Notes: a model not told the origin generated them from the letters alone. Shown: positions 21,026 through 30,973, counted from the first letter of the stretch. The stretch is DNA of 64,000 nucleotides from Armatimonadota bacterium (GCA_046292385.1 JBKBRF010000010.1:84357-148356), one strand, 5' to 3'. Numbers and translations are program-made.

Positions 21026-21142
21026 CTGTCCCTCTGTCCCTCTGTCCCTCTGTCCCTCTGTCCCTCTGTCCCTCTGTCCCTCTGTCCCTCTGTCCCTCTG
21101 TCCCTCTGTCCCTCTGTCCCTCTGTCCCTCTGCCCCTCTGTC
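21026..21142. repeat. Octanucleotide tandem repeat (CTGTCCCT)n
   Basis: 13 perfect copies 21026-21129, one variant (ctgcccct), one partial; abuts the fhs stop codon. Confidence 0.97.
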
Positions 21143-22807
21143 TCAGAACAGCCCGGACATCGTGCCGTCCGGCAGCAGGTCCATCTCCACGGCGCTGGGC
21201 TGGCGGGGAAGGCCGGGCATCGTGAGGATCTCTCCGGCATAGACCACCACGAAGCCGGCCCCGGCCGAGAGGTGGAGGTCGCGGACGGTCAGGGCGTGGC
21301 CCTCGGGGGCGCCGTGGAGGGCGGGGTCGTCCGAGAAGGAGTACTGCGTCTTGGCGATGCAGACCGGGAGGCGGTCGTAGTGGTGCTCCTTCAGCCAGGC
21401 GAGGCGCTTGACGGCGGGAGGCAGAAAGCGGACCGAGCCGGCACGGTAGACTTCGCGCGCTACCGTCTCGATCTTCTCCGCCACCGGCGCGTCGTCGCGG
21501 TAGATCGCGTGGTACCCGGAGGGCGTCTGCAGCGTCTCCAGCAGCAGGTGCGCCACCTCTTCGCCGCCGGCGCCGCCGCGGCGCCAGACGTCGGCGACTC
21601 CCACCGGCAGATCGTGCTGCCGGCAGAGGTGCCGCAGGTGCTCCAGCTCCGCTTCGGTATCCGAGGGGAAGCGGTTCACCGCCACCAGGATCGGCAGGCC
21701 AAACTTCCGCAGGTTCTCGGCATGCCGCTGCAAGTTGGCGAAGCCGGCGTCGATCGCCTTCAGGTCCTCCTGGTCCAGCTCGTCCAGCGGCACGCCCCCG
21801 TGCATCTTGAGCGCGCGGACTGTCGCCACCAGCACGGCGGCATCCGGGTTCAGGCCCGCCTGGCGGCACTTGATGTCGAGAAACTTCTCCGCGCCCAGGT
21901 CGGCCCCGAAGCCCGCTTCGGTGAGGCAGATCTCGCCGAGCTTCAGCGCCATCCGCGTGGCGAGCACCGAGCTGCAGCCGTGGGCGATGTTGCCGAACGG
22001 GCCGCCGTGAACCAGCGCGGGGGTCCCCTCCACCGTCTGCACCAGGTTCGGCTTCAGCGCGTCCCGCAGCAGCACGGTCATCGCGCCGGAGGCCTTCAAC
22101 TCCCCGGCGGTCACCGGGCGGCCGGAGCGGTCCGAGCCGACGACGATGCGCGCCACCCGCGCGCGGAGGTCCTCCGCGGACTGCGCCAGGGAGAGCACCG
22201 CCATCACTTCGGAGGCGGCGGTGATCTCGAAGCCGGTCTCCCGCGGGTCGCCGTTCGCGCGCCCCAGGCCCACCACCACCTGCCGGAGGGAGCGGTCGTT
22301 CATGTCGAGGCACCGCTTCCAGGTGACGGTGCGCGGGTCGAGCTCCGGCTTCAGCCGCCAGTGGAGGTGGTTCTCCACCATCGAGGCGAGCAGGTTGTTG
22401 GCGGCGGTGATGGCGTGGAGGTCGCCGGTAAAGTGGAGGTTGATCTCCTCCATCGGCATCACCTGGGAGTAGCCGCCGCCGGTCGCCCCGCCCTTCATCC
22501 CGAAGATCGGCCCGAGCGACGGCTCTCGCGTGGCGGAGACGGCGCGGCTCCCGATCCGCTGCAGCGCCTGGGTGAGCCCCACCGTCATGGTGCTCTTCCC
22601 CTCGCCCGCGGGGGTGGGGGTGATCGCGGTCACCAGCACCAGCTTGCCGTCCGGCCGCTCCGCCCGCGCCTCCAGCGCTTCCAGCCGCACCTTCGCCTTG
22701 TGGCGGCCGTACAGCTCCAGCTCTTCCTCGTCCAGGCCGGCGGCGGTGGCGACCTCCAGGATCGGGCGCAGCTTCACGGAACGGGCGATCTCCAGGTTTC
22801 CACGCAT
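21143..22807 (-). CDS. fhs: Formate--tetrahydrofolate ligase
   Basis: TAITPTPAGEGKST, REPSLGP, KGGATGGG, HGGPFGNIAHG, TEAGFGADLGAEKF, MPGLP. Confidence 0.97.
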   Translation of the reverse strand: MRGNLEIARSVKLRPILEVATAAGLDEEELELYGRHKAKVRLEALEARAERPDGKLVLVTAITPTPAGEGKSTMTVGLTQALQRIGSRAVSATREPSLGPIFGMKGGATGGGYSQVMPMEEINLHFTGDLHAITAANNLLASMVENHLHWRLKPELDPRTVTWKRCLDMNDRSLRQVVVGLGRANGDPRETGFEITAASEVMAVLSLAQSAEDLRARVARIVVGSDRSGRPVTAGELKASGAMTVLLRDALKPNLVQTVEGTPALVHGGPFGNIAHGCSSVLATRMALKLGEICLTEAGFGADLGAEKFLDIKCRQAGLNPDAAVLVATVRALKMHGGVPLDELDQEDLKAIDAGFANLQRHAENLRKFGLPILVAVNRFPSDTEAELEHLRHLCRQHDLPVGVADVWRRGGAGGEEVAHLLLETLQTPSGYHAIYRDDAPVAEKIETVAREVYRAGSVRFLPPAVKRLAWLKEHHYDRLPVCIAKTQYSFSDDPALHGAPEGHALTVRDLHLSAGAGFVVVYAGEILTMPGLPRQPSAVEMDLLPDGTMSGLF

Positions 22808-22980
22808 AAAGCTCTCCACGGGACGGATCGACGGCCTCCGTAACCTTACCTCCCGCGTCCCGCCCGAGACCGGTCTTCGTGGGCCTTCCAGGCGCCAGAC
22901 GGGCTCTCGAGAGCCCGGCGGTGAAGAACAGGTTTGCCCGCTCGCCGAGGGGCCGATAATCCCCTCGGGAGACAGCCAGC

Positions 22981-23199
22981 ATGAAAACGCTAGCAGAGCC
23001 TCGGGCCAGAGCGTCAGCGCCTCAACGGGCGGAGAGCTTTCCGGAATGGGCCGCCGCCGAAGTAGGCCGGCTGATCGACGCGCGCGCGCAGGCGACCACC
23101 ACCGCGGAGCAGGCGGAGCTGGAGCTGCGCATCGCGATGGTCTACGACGCGGCCCAACGCTACGGCCGCTCTCTCGCAGACAGCGCGGAGCTTCCTTGA
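22981..23199 (+). CDS. Small helical hypothetical protein (72 aa)
   Basis: GGGAG RBS, ATG start, typical codon usage, divergent from fhs. Confidence 0.55.
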   Translation: MKTLAEPRARASAPQRAESFPEWAAAEVGRLIDARAQATTTAEQAELELRIAMVYDAAQRYGRSLADSAELP

Positions 23200-23659
23200 G
23201 GGATGAGGGATGAGGGATGAATCCTTCATCGCTTCGCCTTGGCTGACTTTACGCTGGCGACAAAGATGGCGATGAGCTCATCCGACTCTCGAAGCAGCGG
23301 CGCGATGCTCTCGGCAGAGGTGATCTCTGCGGCTGCAGCAGCTCCAGCCAGTAATGAGTCTCCTCCAACTCCTGTAAGGCGCCTTCCATCTTGCTGATCA
23401 GGTCCGCGGTCGACTTGGCTCGGAAGGCTTCCCGATACTGCGCACCTGGAGAAGTGCCGGCACGCAGCAGTTGCCGACCCAGCACCTGGGCTTCCGCCGT
23501 CCGTGGTAGTTGTCCGTAGAAGCGCACCACGGCCAGTGCGAACTGCTGCGTACGCGCGCGAAGATCCTGCCGGCCCCGCTCCGGCACGGCCTTGAATGTG
23601 AATTGCTCCCCTCCGGGGGTGGGTTCGGATTCATCCTTCATCCCTCATCCTTCATCCCT
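23198..23659. mobile_element. Four-helix-bundle cassette bounded by inverted heptamer arrays
   Basis: (gagggat)x3 at 23198-23221 and ttcatccttcatccctcatccttcatccct at 23630-23659. Confidence 0.55.
23226..23641 (-). pseudogene. Four-helix-bundle (23S-IVP/TIGR02436-like) protein with a 1-bp frameshift
   Basis: DLRARTQQFAL...LGRQLLRAGTSPGAQYREA...ELEETHYWLELL; the family-typical tail (EITSAESIAPLLRESDELIAIFVASVKSAKAKR*) continues in another frame from about 23335. Confidence 0.75.
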
Positions 23660-24222
23660 GTCCCGGAGAGCCACGGTGGGTTCAGCTCCACGATCCGGGC
23701 GTAGACGGGGCAGCTCTCTCGGTGAGCGCCGGGCAGGTAGCCGGTGCTGAGGAGGAACTCGTTTACGATCTCCCCGCCGGTGAAGACGAAGGTCCGCTTG
23801 AAGAGCTTCCGCCACTCGTCGCGGGAGCGGGGATGATGGGCGTCGAGCCAGGCGGCGAAGGAGCCGTGCTCCTCCCGCAGCGCCAGGATGCGCCGGGCGT
23901 TCTCGATCGCGGCGTTCACCTTCAGCCGGTTGCGGATGATTCCCGCGTCCGCCAGCAGCCGGGCGCGCTCCTCGTCGCCGTAGGCCGCCACCCGCTCCAC
24001 GCAAAAGCCGTCGTACGCGCGGCGGAAGCCCTCCCGCTTCTTCAGGATCGTCAGCCAGGAGAGTCCCGCCTGGTTGATCTCCAGGCAGAGCCGCTCGAAA
24101 AGGGCGTCATCGTCCCGGACCGGGAAGCCGTACTCCTCGTCGTGGTAGGGACCGTGGAATGGCGTCCCCGCCGCGTCGCAGTAACTCGGTGCCGACCCCT
24201 CCAGCTCTCTCGTGACTTCCAT
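23638..24222 (-). CDS. tag: DNA-3-methyladenine glycosylase I
   Basis: YHDEEYGFP, LFERLCLEINQAGLSWLTILKKR, IIRNRLKVNAAIENA, GAHRESC. Confidence 0.92.
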   Translation of the reverse strand: MEVTRELEGSAPSYCDAAGTPFHGPYHDEEYGFPVRDDDALFERLCLEINQAGLSWLTILKKREGFRRAYDGFCVERVAAYGDEERARLLADAGIIRNRLKVNAAIENARRILALREEHGSFAAWLDAHHPRSRDEWRKLFKRTFVFTGGEIVNEFLLSTGYLPGAHRESCPVYARIVELNPPWLSGTGMKDEG

Positions 24223-24423
24223 GCTCCTGCTCCCTCTTGAACCCGGTTGACCGCCCAGCATATAGAGTAGCGGTAGAAGTCGCAACGACCAAATTGCCGC
24301 AGGGGAGAGTGTGGCGTTGTAAGGATTTTCCTCGTTGCGTGCGGAATGGTCTCTCGTCCGGGAAGCGAGCGGGCATGCAGCAGCGCTCCGAGCCGGGCCC
24401 CGGATTGAAAGGAAGCAACCTGA

Positions 24424-25146
24424 ATGAACCGAGGACTCTACCTGGTAGGGATGGGGGCGCTCGCCGCGCTGCTGACGCTCTCGGGCGGCGGCGCCCGGGA
24501 CGTCGTCGCCGCGCCGGCCGCCGAGCCAATCCGGGACGCGCAGGGCAACGAGATCGGCGGGTTTGAGAACTGGGGCACCGGCAATGCCCGGCCCCCAGGT
24601 GTTCCCCAGATCGTCGCTCTGGAGCCGGTGGGCTGGACCGCCAAGTACAACGGGTACACCGAGATCTCCGGAGTAGCCGATCCGGTCACCCAGACGAAAG
24701 GGAAGAACGGCGCGGGCGTGCGCGGGCAGGTGCTCCAGTGGGTCGATCAGAACCAGCAGAAGTGGATTCTCCGGCCGGAGCTCTCCGCGGGACCCTACCT
24801 GGAGGAGGGGCTGAACTGGGGGGCGGGCGTGCCGGTGAGCAAGCGGCACGCGCAGGTCACCGGCATGTACCAGTTCAAGCCGAAGAAAGGCGACGGGGTC
24901 TCGATCTACGTCGAGATGTACCGGAACGGGCAGATGATCGGACAGGGCGGCGCTACCAGCCGCAAGGCCCAGAAGAAGTGGAAGAAGTTCAAGGCGCCGA
25001 TCTTCTACTTCGGCTCCGGAAACCCGGACACGGCCCGGATCCTGATCCAGATCGTGGGGAAGGAGACTCGCCAGGGGTTCAAAGAGCCGACTCCGGGCTC
25101 CTACTATCTCGTGGACGAAGTGAAGTTCGCCGGCGTGGCGCGCTGA
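24424..25146 (+). CDS. Secreted protein with PCMD-like carbohydrate-binding module
   Basis: Signal peptide; GGFENW...GMYQFKPKKGD...WKKFKAPI...YYLVDEVKF. Confidence 0.6.
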   Translation: MNRGLYLVGMGALAALLTLSGGGARDVVAAPAAEPIRDAQGNEIGGFENWGTGNARPPGVPQIVALEPVGWTAKYNGYTEISGVADPVTQTKGKNGAGVRGQVLQWVDQNQQKWILRPELSAGPYLEEGLNWGAGVPVSKRHAQVTGMYQFKPKKGDGVSIYVEMYRNGQMIGQGGATSRKAQKKWKKFKAPIFYFGSGNPDTARILIQIVGKETRQGFKEPTPGSYYLVDEVKFAGVAR

Positions 25147-25422
25147 TCCGCCCACCCCTCCCAATCCGGCACCGTCCGGAAACCACTCGGCGCTCGCCCG
25201 CGTAGATTCCGGACGGTGCAGTCTCCTAAATGGCTGCGGGCCAGGCGACTGGCCGCTATACTGCAGTGTCCGACTTCGAGCCTCCCCTCTGGGGCTCGTC
25301 GGCCCGTCGCCCGGCAGCCGGCGCTACGACGCAGGTCCCGCTGAGCGGAGGCGGGCTCTTCATCCCTCCGCTTCTCTCCGGCGCGCCGTATCCCCGGGGA
25401 TAAGCCCGGTCAGGATCTATCC

Positions 25423-27924
25423 ATGCGCACTCCTACGTCTGTCTCACTCGGCCTGCTGCTGGCGGCCGCGGTGGGAACGCTGCCGGCCGCGGCGGGAGCC
25501 CCCTCCCCGGTCCAGGCGCCTACCCCGGCTCCGACTCCCCCCACGCCGGAGATGCCGAAGGCCGGCATGCCGGTGCCGGGAACGCCCGGCGGGGCCGCGG
25601 CGGCACGCAAGAAGCCGAACGAGCCGAAGCCGTACGAAGAGGTGATCACCAAGGAGGCGAAGTCGGACGACGGCCTCTTCAAGGTGCACCAGGTCGACGA
25701 CAAGATCTATTTCGAGATTCCCACCTCGCAGCTCAAGAAGGAGCTGCTCTGGGTGAGCACCTTCGTGCGGACCCAGGTCGGCTTCGGCCTCGGCGGCACG
25801 GAGGTGCAGGACCGCGTGATCCGCTTCGAGCAGCGGGACGACAAGGTGCTGCTGCGAGGAGTCGACTATCAGATGCGCGCCGGGACCGAAGAGGGCCAGC
25901 GGCTGATCGACCTCGCCAACCTGGAGCCGATCATCCGCGTCTTCGACGTGGCGGCGTACGGCCCGGACAAGGCGCCGGTGATCGACGTCAGCGCCCTCTA
26001 TCTGCAGGAAGTGCCGGAGCTCTCCGCCCGCGAGGCAGTGGGAGCCAGCCGGATGGACCCGTCGCGCACCTTCCTGGAGAAGATCAAGTCGTTCCCGCGC
26101 AACATCGAGACCGTCGTCCTCGCGACGTTCGTCCCCACCGCTTCCACCGGCTTCCGGTTCGGGATCCCGTCCGGCGGTCCGCGGCGGGACAGCAGCCTGC
26201 AGAGTGTCTCCGCGGTGGTGCGGCACAGCCTGGTCGCCCTGCCGGACGATCCGATGAAGCCGCGGCTCGCGGACTCGCGGGTCGGCTACTTCTCCGGGCA
26301 GCACTACGAGTTCGACCGGCCGGACCACCGGGTGGCGGAGCGGACCTACATCCGCCGCTGGCGCCTGGAGAAGAAGGACCCGGCCGCGGAGCTCTCCGAG
26401 CCGGTGAAGCCGATCGTCTACTACATCGGCCGGGAGATCCCGAGCCGCTGGCGCGAGTACGTGAAGAAGGGCGTGGAGGACTGGCAGGTAGCGTTCGAGG
26501 CGGCCGGCTTCAAGAACGCGATTATCGCCAAGGAGCCGCCGACCCCCGAAGAGGATCCGGACTGGGATCCGGAAGACGTCCGCTACTCCACCATCCGCTG
26601 GCTGCCGTCGACCACGGAGAACGCCTACGGGCCCCACGTGGCGGACCCGCGCACCGGCGAGATCCTCGAGTCGGACATCAAGTTTTTCCACAACATCCTG
26701 AAGCTGAACTCGGAGTGGTACTTCACCCAGGCCTCTCCGAACGACCCCCGCGCCCAGCGGCTGCCGCTGCCGGACGACCTGATGGGCGAGCTGGTGCGCT
26801 ACGTCACCGCGCACGAGGTGGGCCACACGCTGGGGCTGCAGCACAACATGAAGGCGAGCTCCGCCTACACCGCCGCGCAGCTCCGCGACCCGAAGTTCAC
26901 GAACGAGTTCGGCACCGAAGCCTCGATCATGGACTACGGCCGCTTCAACTACGTGGCGCAGCCCGGAGACGGCGCGCGGCTGATCCCGATGATCGGACCG
27001 TACGACAAGTTCGCCATCGAGTGGGGCTACAAGCCGATTCCGAGCGCGGAGACTCCGGATGACGAGAAGAGCACGCTCGACGCCATCGCGGCGCGACAGC
27101 TCTCCAACCCGCACCTCCGCTTCGGCCACGAGGCGTCTTCCGAGGACCCGGGCCGGCAGACCGAAGACCTGGGCGCCGACCCGGTCGAGGCGACCGAGCT
27201 GGGGCTGAAGAACCTGAGCCGGGTGCTCGACTACCTGATCCCGGCTACCACAAAGCTGGGCGAGAACTACGACGATCTGGACCAGATGTACTCCGCGGTA
27301 GTCAGCCAGCGGAACCAGGAGCTGATGCACGTGGTGGCGGTCGTCGGCGGCGTCACCGAGACCAACTACCACGCCGGCCGCGGCGGGCTGGTCTACGTGC
27401 CGGTCGACGCCTCCCAGCAGCGGCGTGCCGTGCAGTTCCTGCTCAAGAGCGGCTTCTCCACCCCGTGGGACCTGCTCCGCAAGGAGATCCTCGGCCGCAT
27501 CGAGGCGTCCGGAGCCACCGACCGGGTGATCGTCTCCCAGAACCGCCTGCTCTCCGCGCTCCTGAGCGAGAGCCGGATCAAGCGGATGACGGAGCAGCTC
27601 AGCCTGAACGGCGGGAAGGGCTATACCCCGCTGCAGCTCATCGAAGATCTGCGCGGCGGCCTCTGGAGCGAGCTGGGAGAGGCGAAGGTCGCCATCGATC
27701 CGTACCGCCGGAATCTGCAGCGCACCTTCATCCAGCTCCTCACCGCCCAGGCGGCGCCGGGCACCGCGGCCACCCGCTCGGACCTGCGGTCGCTCTCCCG
27801 CGGCTCTCTGGTGAGCACGAAGACGGCGATCCAGGCGGCGCTCAAGAAGCCGATGGACACCACCACGCGGCTGCACCTGGAGGACATGCTGTCCGTGATC
27901 GACCAGGCGCTCAACCCGAAGTAG
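25423..27924 (+). CDS. Zinc-dependent metalloprotease (DUF5117/DUF5118/DUF4953, EcxA-like)
   Basis: HEVGHTLGLQHN metzincin motif, SIMDY Met-turn, DPRTGEIL. Confidence 0.92.
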   Translation: MRTPTSVSLGLLLAAAVGTLPAAAGAPSPVQAPTPAPTPPTPEMPKAGMPVPGTPGGAAAARKKPNEPKPYEEVITKEAKSDDGLFKVHQVDDKIYFEIPTSQLKKELLWVSTFVRTQVGFGLGGTEVQDRVIRFEQRDDKVLLRGVDYQMRAGTEEGQRLIDLANLEPIIRVFDVAAYGPDKAPVIDVSALYLQEVPELSAREAVGASRMDPSRTFLEKIKSFPRNIETVVLATFVPTASTGFRFGIPSGGPRRDSSLQSVSAVVRHSLVALPDDPMKPRLADSRVGYFSGQHYEFDRPDHRVAERTYIRRWRLEKKDPAAELSEPVKPIVYYIGREIPSRWREYVKKGVEDWQVAFEAAGFKNAIIAKEPPTPEEDPDWDPEDVRYSTIRWLPSTTENAYGPHVADPRTGEILESDIKFFHNILKLNSEWYFTQASPNDPRAQRLPLPDDLMGELVRYVTAHEVGHTLGLQHNMKASSAYTAAQLRDPKFTNEFGTEASIMDYGRFNYVAQPGDGARLIPMIGPYDKFAIEWGYKPIPSAETPDDEKSTLDAIAARQLSNPHLRFGHEASSEDPGRQTEDLGADPVEATELGLKNLSRVLDYLIPATTKLGENYDDLDQMYSAVVSQRNQELMHVVAVVGGVTETNYHAGRGGLVYVPVDASQQRRAVQFLLKSGFSTPWDLLRKEILGRIEASGATDRVIVSQNRLLSALLSESRIKRMTEQLSLNGGKGYTPLQLIEDLRGGLWSELGEAKVAIDPYRRNLQRTFIQLLTAQAAPGTAATRSDLRSLSRGSLVSTKTAIQAALKKPMDTTTRLHLEDMLSVIDQALNPK

Positions 27925-28049
27925 CCGGCGATTCGTGATACCAAAACGGGTGGCGCGCGATCTCCGGGCTCCCGGGGGCCGGCTGCGCCGCCCGTTCCCT
28001 CTTTTTTCCGGCCGTTGCGCCGCTGCCCCGTCTCCGTGCCGACCTGCCG

Positions 28050-28448
28050 ATGAGCTACTCCCTGATGTTACTCGCCGACCCCGGCACCGAGCGCCCGCGG
28101 GTGCTGCGCGTGCTCTCCGGCGCTCCGGACGTGCGGCCGGACTCCGGCGTGGAGACCCGGTTCTGGCTCACCACGCCCCACGGCGAGGCCCAGATCAACA
28201 TCGGGAGCAAGGATCCCGTGGAGTCGGTCCACCTGGAGCTGCCTCGCATCGAGGCGCCGCTGATCGAGGCGGCGACCCGGCGCGCGCTGGAGCTCGGCGC
28301 GCAGCTCGAGATGCGGGTGGAAGACGTGCAGTGGGGCCACGAGATCACCGCGGAGCGCCTTCCGGAGCTCCGGAGCTACTGGGCGTCCCTCAAGCCGCCG
28401 ACCCTGGAGCCCCCGACCCGGTCTCGCGCCTGGTGGAAGCCGTGGTAG
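28050..28448 (+). CDS. Hypothetical protein with C-terminal WWKPW motif
   Basis: 132 aa, typical codon usage. Confidence 0.65.
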   Translation: MSYSLMLLADPGTERPRVLRVLSGAPDVRPDSGVETRFWLTTPHGEAQINIGSKDPVESVHLELPRIEAPLIEAATRRALELGAQLEMRVEDVQWGHEITAERLPELRSYWASLKPPTLEPPTRSRAWWKPW

Positions 28449-28495
28449 CCCCGTTCTCCGCTCCCGATCCCTCCCGCCGACCCGAATCCTGGCTC

Positions 28496-29197
28496 ATGCA
28501 AGACGAAGGCCACCCTATCACCGACGAGGTGATCGAGCTCAGCTTCCACTTCCTGCCGCCCGCGCGCCAGGGGGAAGTCGACAGCGTGATCCGCGCCCTC
28601 CAGGCGGATCCGCAGTTCGAGTTCATGCTCACCGTGCTGGAGATCGAGGTGAACGGCCGCCGTCTCTCGCCGGAGACTCCCCCCAGCCAGGCGCTGATGC
28701 GCAAGCTGCTGGAGGCGCTGGACGAGGAAGACGGCGAGGTGATGCTCTACGGAAGCCCTTACAACCAGCTGGGCGACCCGGCGCGCGCGGAGCTGAACGA
28801 AGAGCTGCAGCGGATCGAGTGGTGGTCGTTCGAAGTGGCGGACCGCCTCTGCCGCTTTCCGGAGCTCCGCTCACTCCGGATGTTCCTGGAGCACGGCACC
28901 GGCCGCGGCGCCGGCCGCTCCGCCCAGGAGGCCCGGGAGCTGCACGACCGCCTGCTGCATGGGCTGGTCGGCGACTCCCAGAGCTTCGGCATCTGGGGCT
29001 GCACCAACGTGCGCGGCTTCGATCCCCCGCGCGATCCCGCCGCCGAGCCGGAGCAGTCAAGCTGCGGCCTCTGGCCCGCCGCCGACGTCTCCCCCTGGTT
29101 CCACGGCGTCTTCTGGGACGACCTGCTCTTCGTCCTGAACCCGCCGGAGAGCACCCTGGCGGTGCTCGCCATCACCTCCAACTGGAGCCGGATCTGA
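28496..29197 (+). CDS. Hypothetical protein
   Basis: C-terminal SPWFHGVFWDDLLFVLNP...LAVLAIT; start uncertain (ATG 28496 or GTG near 28443). Confidence 0.6.
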   Translation: MQDEGHPITDEVIELSFHFLPPARQGEVDSVIRALQADPQFEFMLTVLEIEVNGRRLSPETPPSQALMRKLLEALDEEDGEVMLYGSPYNQLGDPARAELNEELQRIEWWSFEVADRLCRFPELRSLRMFLEHGTGRGAGRSAQEARELHDRLLHGLVGDSQSFGIWGCTNVRGFDPPRDPAAEPEQSSCGLWPAADVSPWFHGVFWDDLLFVLNPPESTLAVLAITSNWSRI

Positions 29198-29201
29198 TCA
29201 G

Positions 29202-29348
29202 GGGCCAGGGTTTAGGGTCTAGGGTAGAGGGTGTGCTTTCCGGATGCGGCTACTCTTCTTCGGAGCCTCACGGGATGTGAAGGCGGATTCGTCTAGCCTG
29301 AGCGACCCCAACGGGGTACCTAGACCCTAAACCCTAAACCCTGGGCCG
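29202..29348. repeat. Inverted (TTTAGGG/TCTAGGG) heptamer cassette
   Basis: ggccagggtttagggtctaggg ... cctagaccctaaaccctaaaccctgggcc between convergent genes. Confidence 0.8.
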
Positions 29349-29356
29349 AAGGCCCA

Positions 29357-29872
29357 TCAGTCGACCCGGATCTTCTCTCGGCGGTCCCAGACGCCGCGCC
29401 ACTTCTCGATCTCGGCCAGCAGCTCTGCGGATGCGCCGCCGCGGCGGGCATGCTCCTCCACGGAGACCCTGGCGGCATCCACCGCCTTGGGGCTCGCTCC
29501 CCGGCCCAGCAGGAGCGAGGCGATCTCCTTCGCATTCTTCTGCTCCGGGGCGGATACAGCGGCCATCAGAGGAGTCTGCTGGTCGGGTCCGGCGCCGTCC
29601 GGAAAGGCGCCGTTATCGACCAGCAGGCGGACCATCTCCAGGTCGCCGCGGCCGGCGGCGATAAAGAGCGGCGAGCGGCCCTGGGCGTCGAGAACGTTGG
29701 TGCTCGCGCCCCGCTGGATGAGCCGCTGCGCGCTTTCCCGATCCCCTGCTTCCACCGCCTGCAGCAGCTGCGCGCCGAGCCCCTGTCGCTCCAACCGGAG
29801 CTGCACCAACCGCGCGCCCCCAACCAGCGCGATCGCGATCAGGATCAGCGCTACCCACCGTCCACCGTTCAA
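29357..29872 (-). CDS. Ankyrin repeat protein with N-terminal TM/signal
   Basis: GRSPLFIAAGRGDLEMVRLLVDNGA; TPLMAA. Confidence 0.85.
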   Translation of the reverse strand: MNGGRWVALILIAIALVGGARLVQLRLERQGLGAQLLQAVEAGDRESAQRLIQRGASTNVLDAQGRSPLFIAAGRGDLEMVRLLVDNGAFPDGAGPDQQTPLMAAVSAPEQKNAKEIASLLLGRGASPKAVDAARVSVEEHARRGGASAELLAEIEKWRGVWDRREKIRVD

Positions 29873-30081
29873 GAACGCCTCCCGGACGCGCCTACCGCGT
29901 CCTCTCTCGCAATTATGGCGCTAATCCGGCGGGCGCGGGCCGTTCCGGTAGGGGCCCGATCTCGCCAGCGTTTGACGGCGAGGCTCCCGCGGTAAATGAG
30001 GCCGGTCACAACTCCATAGCGGTATCTGGAGGACCGGACGCAGCAGGCGTTCGGTCCTCTTTGTCTAAGAAGGGAGCAGCA

Positions 30082-30591
30082 ATGGCGACGATCCGGCACT
30101 GGCTGACGGGAGAGGTCCTGGCAGAGACCCGGGGCGAGACCCTGGAAGGGGCGGACCTCTCCGGCCGTGATCTCTGCGACGCGGAGCTGGGCCGCGCCGA
30201 CCTTCGCGGCGCCAACCTGCGGGAGACGCTGCTGGAACGGGCCCGCATGGTGATGGCGAACCTGAGCGGCGCTCAACTGGTAGGCGCCCGCCTCTGCGAC
30301 GCGCTGATGCGCGGGGCCATTCTGGCCCGGGCCGTGCTCGACCGGGCCGACCTGAGCCGCGCACGCCTGAGCCTGGCCGACCTCTTCCGGGCGCGTCTCC
30401 GCGGGGCCCGGCTGCGAGAGAGCGTGCTCCAGGGCGCGGACCTCCGGGAAGCGGAGCTGGAAGGGGCCGACTTCCGAGGCGCGCGGCTCTTCGGAGCGAA
30501 GCTAAGCCGAGCTTCCTATGACGAGGACACGCGCTGGCCGGACGGTTTCGATCCGGAGGAGCACGGCGCCAGGAAGTCGGACGGCGACTAA
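30082..30591 (+). CDS. Pentapeptide repeat protein
   Basis: A(D/N)Lxx repeats; C-terminal YDEDTRWPDGFDP; GGAG RBS. Confidence 0.92.
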   Translation: MATIRHWLTGEVLAETRGETLEGADLSGRDLCDAELGRADLRGANLRETLLERARMVMANLSGAQLVGARLCDALMRGAILARAVLDRADLSRARLSLADLFRARLRGARLRESVLQGADLREAELEGADFRGARLFGAKLSRASYDEDTRWPDGFDPEEHGARKSDGD

Positions 30592-30608
30592 CCGGGAGCG
30601 CACGCGGA

Positions 30609-30727
30609 ACAGGTTGGCAGGTTGCAGGTTGACCGGCCGGCAAGCTGGCAGGTTGCAGGTTAAGACCCGTCGGAGGTGGGGTTCGGAACCTGGAACCTGA
30701 AACCTGAAACCTGAAACCTGAAACCCG
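30609..30727. repeat. Heptamer repeat cassette (GCAGGTT)n ... (AACCTGA)n
   Basis: Degenerate caggttg units, then gaacctggaacctgaaacctgaaacctgaaacctgaaacc. Confidence 0.8.
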
Positions 30728-30745
30728 AATCCTTCCAACTCCCGA

Positions 30746-30973
30746 TTAGGAGTCGCGGAGCCGTACGCTGCCCGGAAGCGCTCCCTGCGAGTGCACGATC
30801 GTACGGACCTCGTCCGGGGTGAGATAGCCGAGGCTGAGGCAGATGGTGCCGAGCGGGCGGTGGGGCAGCAGCTCCCGGTCTTCCTGCCGCTGCACCGTCA
30901 GCGCGCGGTCGAGCTGGTCCTGCGTCAGGTAGCCGAGCCTCACTGCCAGCTCTCCAAACCGGTCTGCCCGCAT
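30746..30973 (-). CDS. Stand-alone MshEN-like (c-di-GMP-binding) small protein, 75 aa
   Basis: RFGELAVRLGYLTQDQLDRALTVQ and RPLGTICLSLGYLTPDEV tandem motifs; GGAG RBS; hidden at the end of shadow ORF 30746..32560. Confidence 0.75.
   Translation of the reverse strand: MRADRFGELAVRLGYLTQDQLDRALTVQRQEDRELLPHRPLGTICLSLGYLTPDEVRTIVHSQGALPGSVRLRDS

Noticed and set aside
21026..21142. Possible CRISPR array
   Set aside because: Contiguous 8-bp units with no spacers and no cas genes
22808..22980. ZTP or THF riboswitch upstream of fhs
   Set aside because: Hairpins are present but I cannot find the conserved aptamer motifs
23226..23641. Avd of a diversity-generating retroelement
   Set aside because: No reverse transcriptase and no TR/VR pair with adenine-specific mismatches seen in the window
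29202..29348. TTTAGGG plant-telomere-like repeats or contamination
   Set aside because: Only 2-3 units per arm, arranged as an inverted pair like the other intergenic cassettes, within continuous bacterial sequence
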